This document shows positions 1 to 9,887 of a DNA stretch of 64,000 nt, one piece after another. The DNA is taken from NCBI GenBank assembly GCA_951406725.2, contig OX597828.1:28582001-28646000 (forward strand), in the 5' to 3' direction. Each line of letters opens with the position of its first letter. The stretch's first letter is position 1. The notes beneath the pieces are model-generated. The model saw nothing but the letters and a program-made list of their open reading frames with translations. It was not told the origin of the DNA and did not search any database. The DNA is from Octopus vulgaris. Its lineage: Eukaryota. The translations under genes were made by a program, and so were the position numbers.

Positions 1-1
1 T

Positions 2-1666
2 GCCAGGGATAGCGCACGTTTGCGCTTCCCCGACACGTTTGTCCACGACCCGCGCCAACCTTTTTGCTAGCACCTTGGCCAGAATCTTTAACTCTGTGTT
101 CAACAGAGTTATGGGCCTGAAGTTCCCTATCTCGTCCCCCTTGTTCGGGTCCTTCCTGATCAACGTCACCGCCCCCCGGCTCGCAGACTTGGGAATTCTC
201 CCATTCTGCTGCCAGTTGGCGTAGACGCTAGCCAGCAGGTGCCCGAACAAGTCTGGCATACTTTTATAAAATTCATAGGGCAGACCATCGAGACCCGGCG
301 ACTTCTCCCCGCGGCACTTGCCCAACACCTCGATTACTTCCTCGGCTGTGATTGGCCCTTCACAGCACTCAGCCTCTTGTGTCGAGAGGCGCGGGCCACC
401 AGACAGGAAGTCCCTAAGGGCTTCAACATGATCCAGCGTCCCGCACCTCCCGAACAACTCGGCGAAGTGCTTGTGAAGTGCCTCACACATCTCATCCCGC
501 TTCTTGATCGTGCATCCGTTTTCATCAACAAGAGACCCAATTGTGGCATCGTTGCCACGCTGTGTTTCTATCGTACGGGCCCATCCGGCAACATTAATTC
601 CCTCACGGCCCAATGCTCGTACTTTAGCCCGAACTCTACATCCCTTATGTTTGGTTTTGAGGTGACGGTCTAATGCCGTTCTCGCCGCTAAAATGTGAGA
701 TGCAGAGCCCAACCTCAACGCCTCCTCTAAGTTCTTAACTAGTTGCCCTTCTATTCTAGCCCTAACTAGTCTTAGTTGTTTACTAAATCTAATGGACTCG
801 AATCGAATGGCTCTTTTGAGGGCGAACCACCACCGGTTATTAACCACGGCTCCGGTTAACGCCCTCTGCACTAACTCCTTAATCCGGCTACGGTATGCCT
901 CGCGAGTCAAAATAGACTTGTTCAGCTTCCAGTAGCCGGTTCCTATCTTAAGTGTGCTATCTATGTCCAGTCTACACGTGACCATTCTATGGTCAGTATA
1001 GGGCACCTGGACGAGCTGTGGACAACTAAAACTAGACTTATCTCTAGTTCTTATCACTATCCTGTCTAGATAAGACTTGAACCTTCCGTCGCCACTCATC
1101 CAGGTCCACTCTGGGACGTTCGGATGGTCAAGTCTGTAACGATCTGCCAGCTGAAACCGCTTAAGCAGATCCACGAGACGTGAGTTCACTTTCCTATAGA
1201 TCGAGCCAACGCTATCGATGTGTACGTCAACGATAGCATTAAAGTCCCCTAATATCACTAAAGTCTTCGACGTCACGAGAAAGCCCTCTAGGCGCCGATA
1301 AAAATCAGTTTGGAAACCTCTAGCACAAGGTGCATAGAGTCCGGTCAACCTGAAGGCCTTACTGCTGTATGTCACATCAAGGACGACCAGCCCATCTTCT
1401 GGGTCTACATAGACTGTACTTGTCTGCAGAGCCAAGTCTTTACGGATCAGTACCACTACACCCCCTCGCCCTCCGGTCTGGCCAGGAGACATGATTTTCT
1501 CGTAGCCATTCAGGAGAGGCGAGAAGGTTTGTAGGCTGTCCAGCTTGGTCTCTGTAGCAACCATCACATGTATATCATGTGATCTGAGGTCGTCGAGGAA
1601 ACAAGCCTGCTTCCACTTCGAACTCAGACCACACACATTTAAACAACCAAGGTTAAGAGAAGCCAT
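2..1666 (-). CDS. LINE ORF2 (APE endonuclease plus N-terminal RT), partial, apparently open to the window edge; absent from the ORF track, consistent with no in-window stop
   Basis: Manual translation from ATG 1666: MASLNLGCLNVCGL..VATETKL..GLYAP..ILGDFN..SYLDR..YTDH..GTGYWKLNKSIL..KSPGLDGLPYEFY..NFRPITLLNTELKILAKVLAKRL..EAQTCAIPG. These are APE catalytic motifs and L1/Tx1-type RT motifs in one frame. Confidence 0.93.
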   Translation of the reverse strand, partial: MASLNLGCLNVCGLSSKWKQACFLDDLRSHDIHVMVATETKLDSLQTFSPLLNGYEKIMSPGQTGGRGGVVVLIRKDLALQTSTVYVDPEDGLVVLDVTYSSKAFRLTGLYAPCARGFQTDFYRRLEGFLVTSKTLVILGDFNAIVDVHIDSVGSIYRKVNSRLVDLLKRFQLADRYRLDHPNVPEWTWMSGDGRFKSYLDRIVIRTRDKSSFSCPQLVQVPYTDHRMVTCRLDIDSTLKIGTGYWKLNKSILTREAYRSRIKELVQRALTGAVVNNRWWFALKRAIRFESIRFSKQLRLVRARIEGQLVKNLEEALRLGSASHILAARTALDRHLKTKHKGCRVRAKVRALGREGINVAGWARTIETQRGNDATIGSLVDENGCTIKKRDEMCEALHKHFAELFGRCGTLDHVEALRDFLSGGPRLSTQEAECCEGPITAEEVIEVLGKCRGEKSPGLDGLPYEFYKSMPDLFGHLLASVYANWQQNGRIPKSASRGAVTLIRKDPNKGDEIGNFRPITLLNTELKILAKVLAKRLARVVDKRVGEAQTCAIPG

Positions 1667-1683
1667 TACAAAAAGTAAAAGTT

Positions 1684-3120
1684 CTACTTACATTTCATTG
1701 GAAAGGTTGGGGCCGACCTCACCACACATTTGTGGACCCCTTCTTTCTCCTCCTTCTTCGGATAGTCCGGCAAGTTCGCCATATGCCGGATGGCGTTTGG
1801 TTGTCTGTCTTTTAATTGTTTGAACGTTGTTTCCGCAATCCACGCACATCTCTCGTTTCGATCTTTGTATTTGTTGTACAGTCTTGCTGACTGATGCGGA
1901 ACCACAATATCGTTTATGTATTTGTTTTGTGTGTCGAATTCAATTAATATGAGTTCATTTTTTTTGTCTTCTTTTTCTGGGCCAGCTGAGCGGGATTTTT
2001 TTTTTCGTGTCTGTGGTGTGTCTTTGTTTTTATTATTTTTTGTAGGGGATGTGGACGGGGATGATGCACGAATTCTTTTACGAACTGTTGTAAATCCCCC
2101 CTCTGATACCTCCATGGTATCGTCTGGGGTAGCAATAGTTTGTTCAGTAGGCGCCGCAGTTTTTAAGGGGGTGGGAGGTTTTAATAGTGTAGGGGTATGT
2201 GAGTGTGAGGGCTGGGTTTTTTCTTCAGTTTGTTTTGGGGTTGGCACCGTAACAGCAGGAGTGGGATTTTTTGTTTTTGTAGGGGTAGGTGAGTTTGCAA
2301 GGGTAGGGATTTTTTTATTATCTGAGGGGCCTGGTGTCTGCGGTTTCTTTTGCTTGTCTGGACAGTCTACACGAATGTGGCCCTTTTTGCCGCAGGCGTA
2401 ACAGGTGGGTTTTCGGCCTTCGACCTGTACCCCGAGGGCCACGTTCTCGCCCACGAGCACCCTCTCAAGAAGGAGCTGCAGGTCCTCCGGTGTTCCTTGA
2501 ATTATTATATTAATGTCTCGCCCAAGCCAATATAGAGGGGCAGAGCATGTTACTTGTAGTATTTTAATTTTGTCCGTCCTTTTATATAACAGGGCGGCCA
2601 CTACCTCTACCGGATCTGCTTCCGGCGGGGCTTCTGCAATCCTGACCCGGGACGTCCTGCGTCCCCTATAGCTTGGGAAAAGTACCACCTCCTTGGTTTT
2701 TAGGGGGTTCACAGAATGCCCGCGGGCCACCTCTTCCCCCGAGAAGCGGACATCCACAGTGCCATATGCCCGTCCCCTGGCGACGTACACAATGTCCTTC
2801 CAAATCGGGGACAGGCATTTCTCGATGGTGTTTTTTTCAAAGTGTTTGAACCTTCTGCTTTGTGGACAGAAGGTTTTAAACACTACGGTCCGCTTCTCGG
2901 TCTCCACGATACTGGCGGAGGGTGATATTTTAACATCACCACCCTCCTCTTTCATTCTTTTAAATAGCTCGACGAGCTGATTGACATTGATGTCAATGTT
3001 CTCGGTAGCCACTGCGGCTACCGCAGAAAATTTTTTACTACAGTTAACATTGCTCTCCTCAAGAGCACTATTTTCGTGAATAATCTCAACAGACGTTATT
3101 CTGTTGAAATTAGACAACAC
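1684..3120 (-). CDS. LINE ORF1 (gag-like nucleic-acid chaperone with CX2CX4HX4C knuckle and P/T/K-rich tail); start codon uncertain
   Basis: 478-aa ORF with CYACGKKGHIRVDC, directly upstream of ORF2; opens with GTG and the first ATG is about 56 codons in. Confidence 0.88.
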   Translation of the reverse strand: MLSNFNRITSVEIIHENSALEESNVNCSKKFSAVAAVATENIDINVNQLVELFKRMKEEGGDVKISPSASIVETEKRTVVFKTFCPQSRRFKHFEKNTIEKCLSPIWKDIVYVARGRAYGTVDVRFSGEEVARGHSVNPLKTKEVVLFPSYRGRRTSRVRIAEAPPEADPVEVVAALLYKRTDKIKILQVTCSAPLYWLGRDINIIIQGTPEDLQLLLERVLVGENVALGVQVEGRKPTCYACGKKGHIRVDCPDKQKKPQTPGPSDNKKIPTLANSPTPTKTKNPTPAVTVPTPKQTEEKTQPSHSHTPTLLKPPTPLKTAAPTEQTIATPDDTMEVSEGGFTTVRKRIRASSPSTSPTKNNKNKDTPQTRKKKSRSAGPEKEDKKNELILIEFDTQNKYINDIVVPHQSARLYNKYKDRNERCAWIAETTFKQLKDRQPNAIRHMANLPDYPKKEEKEGVHKCVVRSAPTFPMKCK

Positions 3121-3499
3121 AAAAATTACGAATATTGGTTTCCCACAAAACTGGGAAACCTATAGAAAGTTTTTCTTCCAAAGCAGTTCAATAAGTGGTA
3201 AAAAGCAGTTCAAAAAATTTCAATTCCCACCCTCATTCGGGGGGAGGGGCACGAAAATAGTCTGGCAAGACTATATATAGTCACGTAGATAAAAAAAGCC
3301 ACAATGGCTAACAGTTCAACAGTAACAAATTATCCAATTATTCCCCGGTAAAACCGGAGAACAAGACAGTTCAACAACGTTCAGTAGTAAAATTCAACAA
3401 TTAACAACACAGCAAAACTCTTACCGGGAAGAAAACGCGTCCAAACCGTAGTAAGGTAAGCAAAGTCACTCTTCAGTCAGTGAGGTTATCAAGCTACTT

Positions 3500-4970
3500 T
3501 ATTTCAATTATTTTGCCATAAAGGGGACACTACAAAACATGTGGAGACATATAACAATTAAGAATATGTAAAAATAAAATGATACTGTGAGTGACATGAA
3601 AATGAACGTGAGAAAATAAATTAAGTTTATGATAACATGCATGGTATCTGAAAATGAAATATGACGAGTGTGCTACTCACCCCACTCTGAGCAACACCAC
3701 TCGCTGCCTTTGAGTCTGAATTCTTCTCTAATCTCTGGTCTAGTCCTTCTTTTTCCACTCTCACTATCGCTTAAAGACAACATTCTTTCGCAACCTTTTT
3801 CACCGGGGGAGGGGTTTTCTAAATTCTGTGGTGTCTGCTCTTTTTTCTTTTTCTTTTTTTCTTGTGGGGAAAGGGAGTGGGTGGGTCTGGTGTCTGTATG
3901 GGGCGGGTGGGTCTGAGTGGTCTTGGGTGGGATGGAGTTGGACTGGGGTACCATTTCACACTCAGTGTTCTTTCTTTTCTTCCTCTTCTTACTTCTGCTC
4001 TCTGCTACTATCCATTCTTCCTCCTTTCGTCCGTCTTTGTCTTCGTCCTCTTTTTTCTTCTTTGTCTCCGCAACTGGTTCATCTATTTTTTCCTCTATCT
4101 TTTTCTTCTGTAGGGGACAGTGTGCTATAATGTGGCCTTTTTGGCCACATTTAAAGCACCGCGGGGTTCTGCCTTCTACCCATACTCTCAATACTATTTC
4201 TCCCATTGTCACCGTTTCCGCCAAATTTTCCAGCTCCTTCGCCTCCGCTTGTATGATCATTTCCAGTAATTTTCCTTTGTAGCTTCCTTCCTCTGTCTCT
4301 GTGGCTTGGAGGACAGTCACCTCCTCACTTCCAACGAGGACGGCTGCCGCAACCCAAGCCACTTTTATGTCAGGTGGAATTCCTTCTACCCTCACCTTAG
4401 AATTCTTTCTGCCAAGATAGGAGGGTAGAAGTACTAGTTCCTCAGTTTTTACAGTTGTACTTGCCAGCCTCTTTGCCTCCTCTTCTGTTTTAAACTGGAC
4501 AACCACCGTCCCATATCCGCTTCCTTTTGCTATATATGTTACTTCCTTCGAAAGCCCCTTGAGAGCTTTTTCTACTTTTTCCATCTTCATCTGCTCCACC
4601 CTCCTACTCTCCACTGAGTGCACCTTGTAGGTAATTGTCTTCTTTTCCATATTTGCCATAACCGTTTTCGGGGGTAATAACTTCACGTCACTTCCCACCT
4701 TCTGTGTCATCTTATACAGCTCCTTCAGTTCAGTTAGGTCTACTTCCTTTTTCTTTACCTCTGCCACGTCAGCAAAACTTTTTATTTTTTCCAAATGCTG
4801 GTCCATTCTGTTCACCGCCTTAACGAGCTCCTCCTCTGATGTGGACAGTTCGTACTCGCTAAGGTCCGAATACATTATTTTCCACTCGCCAACAAACCGC
4901 TGGCGAGCAGCTCAAAGGATTCTGTCCGCCTAGTCAAAACTCAACACAGTAAACAACTCGACGCATGCGC
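3500..4970 (-). mobile_element. ORF1-only non-autonomous retroelement (HAL1/half-L1-like), 1471 bp
   Basis: About 95-nt leader, single ORF1, AT-rich 3'UTR ending in AATAAA; flanked by GTTATCAAGCTACTT (3485-3499) and GTTAGCAAGCTACTT (4971-4985); no endonuclease or RT. Confidence 0.8.
3673..4875 (-). CDS. ORF1-like gag protein with CCHC zinc knuckle, homologous to 1684..3120
   Basis: 400-aa ATG-initiated ORF with CFKCGQKGHIIAHC. Aligns by eye with the neighbouring ORF1 (YIAKGSGYGTVVVQF/YVARGRAYGTVDVRF; LVLLPSYLGRKNSKVRV/VVLFPSYRGRRTSRVRI; VEGRTPRC/VEGRKPTC). Confidence 0.88.
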   Translation of the reverse strand: MYSDLSEYELSTSEEELVKAVNRMDQHLEKIKSFADVAEVKKKEVDLTELKELYKMTQKVGSDVKLLPPKTVMANMEKKTITYKVHSVESRRVEQMKMEKVEKALKGLSKEVTYIAKGSGYGTVVVQFKTEEEAKRLASTTVKTEELVLLPSYLGRKNSKVRVEGIPPDIKVAWVAAAVLVGSEEVTVLQATETEEGSYKGKLLEMIIQAEAKELENLAETVTMGEIVLRVWVEGRTPRCFKCGQKGHIIAHCPLQKKKIEEKIDEPVAETKKKKEDEDKDGRKEEEWIVAESRSKKRKKRKNTECEMVPQSNSIPPKTTQTHPPHTDTRPTHSLSPQEKKKKKKEQTPQNLENPSPGEKGCERMLSLSDSESGKRRTRPEIREEFRLKGSEWCCSEWGE

Positions 4971-4999
4971 GTTAGCAAGCTACTTACCACACAGCCACT

Positions 5000-5002
<3 letters not shown>
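4971..5002 (-). mobile_element. 5' fragment of tRNA-derived SINE family A, interrupted by the retroelement pair
   Basis: Minus strand AGGAGTGGCTGTGTGGTAAGTAGCTTGCTAAC is identical to the head of the intact copy at 24344; preceded by (TA)n as at 34573. Confidence 0.85.
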
Positions 5003-5048
<46 letters not shown>

Positions 5049-5489
5049 GTGTGTGTGTGTGTGTAACATAGACACACACAGATACACACACACTCAGATA
5101 CATGCAGACACACGCACACACCAACGTTACAAGTTTCTGATGCTTGATTGGGTCGAAGAACGCATCAATCACTTTCTCTCTCTTCACTCTTTCTTTGCAA
5201 ATATATGTAAAGCTGCTGACACTAAACTTCTTCCGCTTCCAACAAGTCTCGCTTCACCTTATCAGAAGCAAACAACACCGAAAGACAGATGTAAAAGGGT
5301 CAGTGGCCCCCAACTTCAAATGGATTGGCCTCGCTTCGTACCGTAGTAAAGATATCTTCTAGATCCTTCTCATCGCCTCTCGTTCCTAATCTAGTGCAGA
5401 TCCTTTCTTTGTCTTGCTTTAACCTCTTCTGATGCTTATTGCCTCGCACTCATCTGTTAAAGCTGTGTGTTGTATCAGAATCAAACAGT

Positions 5490-5634
5490 CATGGCTACGT
5501 GGTTAAGAAGTTCGCTCTGCAACCAGCTGGTTTCCGGTTCGGGTTCACACCCAATGCGTGGCCTCATGTGCAAATTGCCTTCTGCTATAGTGCTGGGCCG
5601 ACCAATGCCTTGTGAGTGAATTTGGTAGACAGGA

Positions 5635-5640
<6 letters not shown>
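5490..5640 (+). mobile_element. SINE family A, diverged head
   Basis: A-box/B-box-like head and GGCCGACCAATGCCTTGTGAGTGAATTTGGTAGAC body. Confidence 0.7.
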
Positions 5641-5688
<48 letters not shown>

Positions 5689-5848
5689 CACCATTTGTGT
5701 ACAGCGAGAAATTTTCTCCATCACAAAACTCAATGTACAGCTTGTTTACGAGTTCGAACGTACCACTGACATATTCGAACAGGTAATAACACCACTCACT
5801 CACACACACACTCTCTCTCTCTCTCACACGCATACACACACACACATA

Positions 5849-7069
5849 TGGTGTAGTGAATAAGCTCTCGTCTAAATAACGTGTAAAGGAAAATAACAAT
5901 GTCGTCTCATTTTAACTTATATATTTACCAAAATTACATGAAAATGTCTTGAAATACTAAAGAGTAAATTGATTCAATAAAATCACCATTGGCTTCAACC
6001 ACGACCTCCAGACAACATCGGAGTCTTCTGCAACTCTTCTGGGCGGTCTCCTATTTTAAGTTGGTGAATGCTGCCATAATCCTAGCCTTCACTTCATCTT
6101 CGGTAAGTAGTTTGCTTACGTACCACATGGTTCCGGGTTCAGTCCCACTGCGTGGCACCTTGGGCAAGTGTCTTCTACTATAGCCTCGGGCCGACCAAAG
6201 CCTTGTGAGTGGATTTGGTCGACGGAAACTGAAAGAAGCCCGTCGTATATATGTATATATGTATGTGTGTGTGTGTATGTTTGTCTGTGTTTGTCCCACC
6301 AACATCGCTTGACAACCGATGGTGGTGTTTTTACGTCCCAGTAACTTAGCGGTTCAGCCAAAGAGACCGATAGAATAAGTACTAGGCTTACAAAGAATAA
6401 GTCCTGGGGTCGATTTGCTCGACTAAAGGCGGTGCTCCAGCATGGCCGCAGTCAAATGACTGAAACACGTAAAAGAGTAGGAGTTTTGTTGGTCTCTCAC
6501 TCAACTGCGCCCCACACATATTAATCAAGGGGCTTGCAGTCTGGGGAGTTAGGTGGCCAGATGTTAGGGTTGATGTGGTCGCAGAAATTGTCTGACAGCC
6601 ATGACTAGGTTCTGCTTGTGTGGCATAGTGCAGAGTCCTGTTGCCAGACATAGCAGTCACCCTCTTGACCCAAGGCAGCACTACCTCCTCCGGGCACTTG
6701 ATGTAGGCCACCGTGTTGAACCTAAGGCCATGTGGGAAGATGAATGGAGGCATAACGTCGCCATCACTAGTGATCACTCCAAACACCATGATGTTGACTG
6801 GATGTTTGATTTTCATCACTCTCGATCCATGTCTTCCGATTGACACCCAAACACTCTGAAATGTCCGTATTGGAGCTTCCAGCGCGAATGCCAAGCAGAA
6901 TTGCATGTCGTTTCCAAATATCTGACAGAGTGAATTGCATCTTGGTGTTGTTTTACTCACAGACAGTGCCCAACTGATCCTACTATACTGTGTAGTCAAC
7001 AAAATCAAAAACAATGCGCATGAGCAAAATTAAAAATATAAGATGGCGATAATTTACCTATCGCACCCT
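5849..7069 (-). pseudogene. Decayed, internally deleted Tc1/mariner (maT/DD37D-like) transposon split by a SINE
   Basis: KHPVNIMVFGVITSDG..YVWQQDSA..WPPNSPDCKPLD*YVWG (6480-6820) and C-terminal DEVKARIMAAF..LEVVVEANG (5985-6100); stops and frameshifts; 36 residues between the 2nd and 3rd Asp in this copy; diverged TIR-like ends. Confidence 0.85.
6101..6479 (+). mobile_element. SINE family A, 5'-truncated, inserted in the mariner
   Basis: Near-identical to 24344-24720; ends in a TAAAAGAG-type tail. Confidence 0.9.
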
Positions 7070-7072
7070 CTC

Positions 7073-7135
<63 letters not shown>

Positions 7136-7140
7136 AATGT

Positions 7141-7443
7141 GGAGGCGCAATAGCCCAGTGGTTAGGGCAGCGAACTCGCGGTCGTAGGATCGCGGTTTCG
7201 ATTCCCAGACCGGGCGTTGTGAGTGTTTATTGAGCGAAAACATCTAAACCTCCACGAGGCTCCGGCAGAGGATGGTGGCGATCCCTGCTGTACTCTTTTG
7301 CCATAACTTTCTTTCACTCTTTCTTCTGTTGGCCTGCTCGCTTAGCCAAGCGGGGTGGCGACATTTAAAGGCTAAAACAATGCGAAGCGCATTGTGACCA
7401 GCGACGTGTAGCAACTTCTGATAGCCTGGTCGGACACGGTGAT
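7141..7443 (+). mobile_element. tRNA(Arg)-like-headed SINE (family C)
   Basis: A box TAGCCCAGTGG, B box GGTTTCGATTCCC, TCG in the anticodon-like position, about 300-bp body. Confidence 0.7.
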
Positions 7444-7455
7444 ATATATATATAA

Positions 7456-7960
7456 CTAGCAGTATCGCCCGGCGTTGCTCGGGTTTGTAAGGGAAATAAC
7501 TATATAAGCATTTTTAGAGAGTTACTTCCCTTATAAATTCGGGCTTTCTTAGCCATTTTTGTTTTGGTGTCTTCAAGCCATGAAGTCGTTGTTCTAAAAG
7601 AACGCTGGTCTCCTTCACAACGCATTACGACGTTGATTTCTTTACACTCCCTTCCCCACAGCTTCACGAGGGAGGGAAGGGGGAGAAGCAAACAGGTGCA
7701 GCTGTGAGCGTGGACGCCAACTCCGCCGCCATCGACACACGATGCATTTTATGCATTAAAATGGAATAAAAAATGATGTTAAATTATTTTTAAAATCGTA
7801 GACTCATCGTTGACGCGCGCTAATAGTCAGACGGGCTCGATATGAATCACAACTATAAGATACCCGAATTTCGTTAAACTGCACCGCAAAATGTGGGAGG
7901 AGTTAGGAATCTAAATCGAAGGGGACAGACACTCACACAACTAGAGTTTTATATATATAT
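7456..7960 (-). mobile_element. Non-autonomous Helitron
   Basis: 3' hairpin CCCGAGCAACGCCGGG followed by CTAG|T; shares both ends with 47695-48078. Confidence 0.8.
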
Positions 7961-8335
7961 AATATGATTGCATCCGTTTCGAAATTTTTCATCCTGTATT
8001 AGTATCAATTTCAATATTCTCAATTATCTACGTACATTTAACATCAATTTGAATATTCAACATTATATAATATAATTGTGGATTCACAAAGATTTGGATA
8101 ATAAAGAAAAACTGACTAGTCGGATCTTATATATCAGAGCATCATAGGTGCATTCAGGAATCGCCCTTATTACACAAAATCCACTTTTTTATACGCAATA
8201 TATGGAAGGTAAAAATTGGAAATCGATACAATAATTCGATTTTGAAAGGAAACCATTATTTAAAAACAGTAAAATACTTCGTTTTGGGGTTTGGTTTCCA
8301 AGATTCTTTATGCGAGTTCGTGTGTTGAAGCATTT

Positions 8336-8657
8336 TCTGTTGTGTCTGGGGAGAGTCATTTTCTTTTTGTTCCTAAAATTTTCGTTGCGTCTTGCAAGCT
8401 TTTCAATAGTCTTGACTCTGTCCGTTACTCACACTGCGTTCCTTTTTGTTTGTTTGTGCGCATGTATGTGGGTCAGTGTGTGTGTGTGTGTGTGCCCATG
8501 CATGCGTGGGCACACACACACAAAACTATTGAAAAGATTGCAAGACGCAACGAAAATTTTAGGAAAATAAAAATAAGAAATAAGTGGAAATTTTACCGGT
8601 GAGTGTGTTAAAGTATAAGGCACAAAAAAGAGAATGACTCTCCCCAGACACAACAGA
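8336..8657. mobile_element. Fold-back/MITE-like element with nested inverted repeats
   Basis: Outer IR 8336-8370/8621-8657 and inner IR 8370-8410/8525-8565. Confidence 0.75.
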
Positions 8658-9444
8658 GCAAAATAATACTTTTAACCTTTTAAACATGTACCTTTACCGT
8701 CAGCGCGGAAAGAAATTCCAGACATTTTACTATGCAAAACAAACATCTACCCCTTATTTACTCACAATGCAATGGCTGGATAGAAGATACCTGTCCAAGA
8801 TGCCACGCAGTGGGGATGAACTCGAAACCACGTCGTTGCAAAGTGGGGATTCTTGACCACACAGCTATGCCTGCGCTTATTGCATGTCCATCGTAGCGAA
8901 ATATTTCCCAAAGGCCAACACTTATTCTCTGGCTCTCCACGTCTAATTTCTTGGCTGTATATCCCAAGCAAAAGAAGCATTTGGAGAAATCTATGGGGCT
9001 GGCGTGTGTGCCTGGAAGCTGAATTTCACGGAGAATGCCGGGACTTGAAGGGGATCGTTAGTTGCTAGGCAACAATCTTCGGGCGAACTCGGAAAAGGGT
9101 GATACACACACACACACACACACACGCGCGCATGTGCATATATATATATATATATAACCATACTGACAGTAAGAATAGGCGATAGATGAGCGTGTGGCGG
9201 GAGATTTGATGCTGATAGTGTTTGCTAATGGCGGTAAAAGGAGAAGGAGGGAGAAATAAGGAAGGGGGAAACGCTGGAAGGAGAGGAGGAGGATGCTTAT
9301 CTTGTCTTTTCTATGGCGAAATCCTTTCGCTTCCTACTTCGTGCGTTGCTTAGTTCTAGGGTGAATGGAATAAGAATCAGATGAATTGACTGAGTGATAA
9401 GATTAATAACCTGATTATACAAGCATATATATATATATATACGT

Positions 9445-9668
9445 ATTTCTTTATTACCCACAAGAGGCTAAACACAGATGGGACAAACATGGACAGACAT
9501 AGGTATTAAGTCGATTACATCGACCCCAGTGCGTAACTGGTACTTAATTTATCGACCCCGAAAGGATGAAAGGCAAAGTCGACCTCGGCGGAATTTGAAC
9601 TCACAACGTATCGCAGACGAAATACCGCTAAGCATTTCGCCCGGCGTTGCTAACGTTTCTGCCAGCTC
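9445..9668 (-). mobile_element. SINE family B (tRNA-like head plus conserved GCCTTTCATCCTTTCGGGGTCGATAAA core)
   Basis: Near-identical to 45228-45458 and 58923-59155. Confidence 0.9.
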
Positions 9669-9887
9669 ATACGACCGCACGTAGGTACGTACACACGTAT
9701 GTATGTCATTGTTCAGTTTTATTTCAAGAAAGAGCCGGTTTCTAACCTAGATCTAAGGTTCCTTCATTGGAATTTCAACATCAGCAACAGGGTATGTATG
9801 TATGTATGTATGTATGTATGTATGTATGTATGTATGTATGTATGTATGTATGTATGTACGAATGTATGTCTTGTTTGTTTGTTTATA

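Larger units (their letters stand above)
1..3484 (-). mobile_element. L1/Tx1-clade non-LTR retrotransposon, 5' portion (5'UTR, ORF1, start of ORF2); continues beyond the left edge
   Basis: ORF1 with zinc knuckle followed after a 17-nt spacer by an APE-RT ORF2; the 5' end abuts the SINE-derived 15-mer at 3485-3499. Confidence 0.92.

Noticed and set aside
239-673. Plus-strand ORFs over 39-2980 and 3668-4282
   Set aside because: Antisense shadows of the LINE ORFs
3137-3160. Resemblance to U1 snRNA stem-loop III
   Set aside because: Only a short hairpin is similar; no U1 5' end, SL1/SL2 or Sm site at the expected spacing
6388-7014. 208-aa ORF as a functional gene
   Set aside because: Chimeric frame across a deleted, stop-containing transposase and a SINE tail
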